Source: Camelus ferus (taxonomy: Eukaryota). Taken from it: a DNA stretch of 64,000 bases. The stretch lies in the NCBI RefSeq assembly GCF_009834535.1, contig NC_045696.1:114640001-114704000 (forward strand), written 5' to 3'. Positions 63,065 through 64,000 of the stretch are shown here, piece by piece (within the stretch, counting starts at the first letter, position 1; each line of letters opens with the position of its first letter). The translations under genes and the position numbers were made by a program. Below the pieces are notes generated by a model. It was not told the DNA's origin. It was given only the letters and a program-made list of their open reading frames with translations, and ran no database searches.

Positions 63065-64000
63065 ACATTACTGAGGGATTTCCCAACCACACACTCTTTC
63101 TTTTTCCTTTTTTCTAAATACTGAATTTCAAGTGAAAAGACGTAAAATAATGCAAAGTAGAGACACAATTATAAATAAAAATGACGCCAATGTGCTGAAG
63201 CTGTTGGGTGTGTGTGTGTGTGTTTGTGTTAGTGTCATCCATAAATAAGAAAAAATAATTTACATATAAACAGCTTGGCCTCAAGTCATGGGTAAAATGC
63301 ATTGAACATCCAGAACTTAAGCATTGTGGATTCACAGGATAAGAGAGGATTTCTGTAGTTTCTACTGAACATTTTGTGATTTTATCCAAAGCAATTGAAC
63401 TGAACTCAAGTGTGTGAAATTTTGCTCAACATAGCCAAGTTTTAGTTCACATTTTACACAATTGCATTATTATTACTTTTCCACTCTTGTTTGGTTATCT
63501 TTGGCCTCTCTCTTACAGTGCTATGCATGTTTTACACCTTATATTTTTAATGGATTAATGCCCTACCCTATAATTCAGAAAATTAAAAGAAAAATACACC
63601 CATGCCTAGAAGGTGATAGAAGTTGGTGCTTCTGAATACATGATCGTCATCTTCATTTCATTCTCATAATAAGTGTGGTTAGGCTAGACTGTAAATACTA
63701 CTTTGGAAACCACAGGAGCACTCAGACGTCCTCTTGATTCACTGTCCAGTGCATTTATTATCTTTCCCCAATCCCTGGTCCTATATGACTTCCGATTTTT
63801 AAGATGAGGGATGCCAGAAACACTAAAACATTGGGTTTGGTCCCAGAAATGTCAAACCTCATAAAAGATGTTTTACAAAATATGTTCAGTTGTGTTATCT
63901 TGTTTGTTTCTCACCCTTGAAGGGTAAATGCTCAGTGCATGCTGGGTAAGGATGGTGGATCTCACCGGAGCCCCAGTGAAGAGACAGGGAAGTTCAAGTG

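Noticed and set aside
1..64000. Prokaryotic-style novel system (CRISPR, defence island, operon)
   Set aside because: The sequence is eutherian non-coding DNA dominated by known repeat classes, with no gene-dense region or repeat-spacer array.

Overview
AT-rich mammalian (eutherian) genomic DNA, most likely a camelid, inferred from three tRNA-Ala-like SINEs resembling vic-1 and from cetartiodactyl-type L1 3' ends. It is not prokaryotic: there are no operons, CRISPR arrays or rRNA/tRNA genes, and nearly all listed ORFs are chance or repeat-derived. The window is about 38 kb of repeat-rich intergenic DNA, then one CpG-island promoter and first exon (~38.5-39.4 kb, + strand, donor CAGG|GTAAGT at 38980/38981) of a gene I cannot name, then about 25 kb of probable first-intron sequence. 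A large share is recognisable transposon debris (L1, L2, MIR, ERV1/ERVL/MaLR LTRs, MER5A, MER3, Tigger2/MER8-like, MADE2). I found no convincing new biological system. The best leads are regulatory or splicing hypotheses: an in-frame 102-nt candidate exon 2 overlapping a CTCF-like motif; three perfect NRF2/MAF ARE 11-mers; a sense-strand LTR that could be an alternative promoter; a TEAD-CRE-TEAD element; a pre-miRNA-like hairpin; and ultra-short L1 insertions with long TSDs. Repeat family names come from recognition by eye and boundaries are approximate unless TSDs or termini are quoted.
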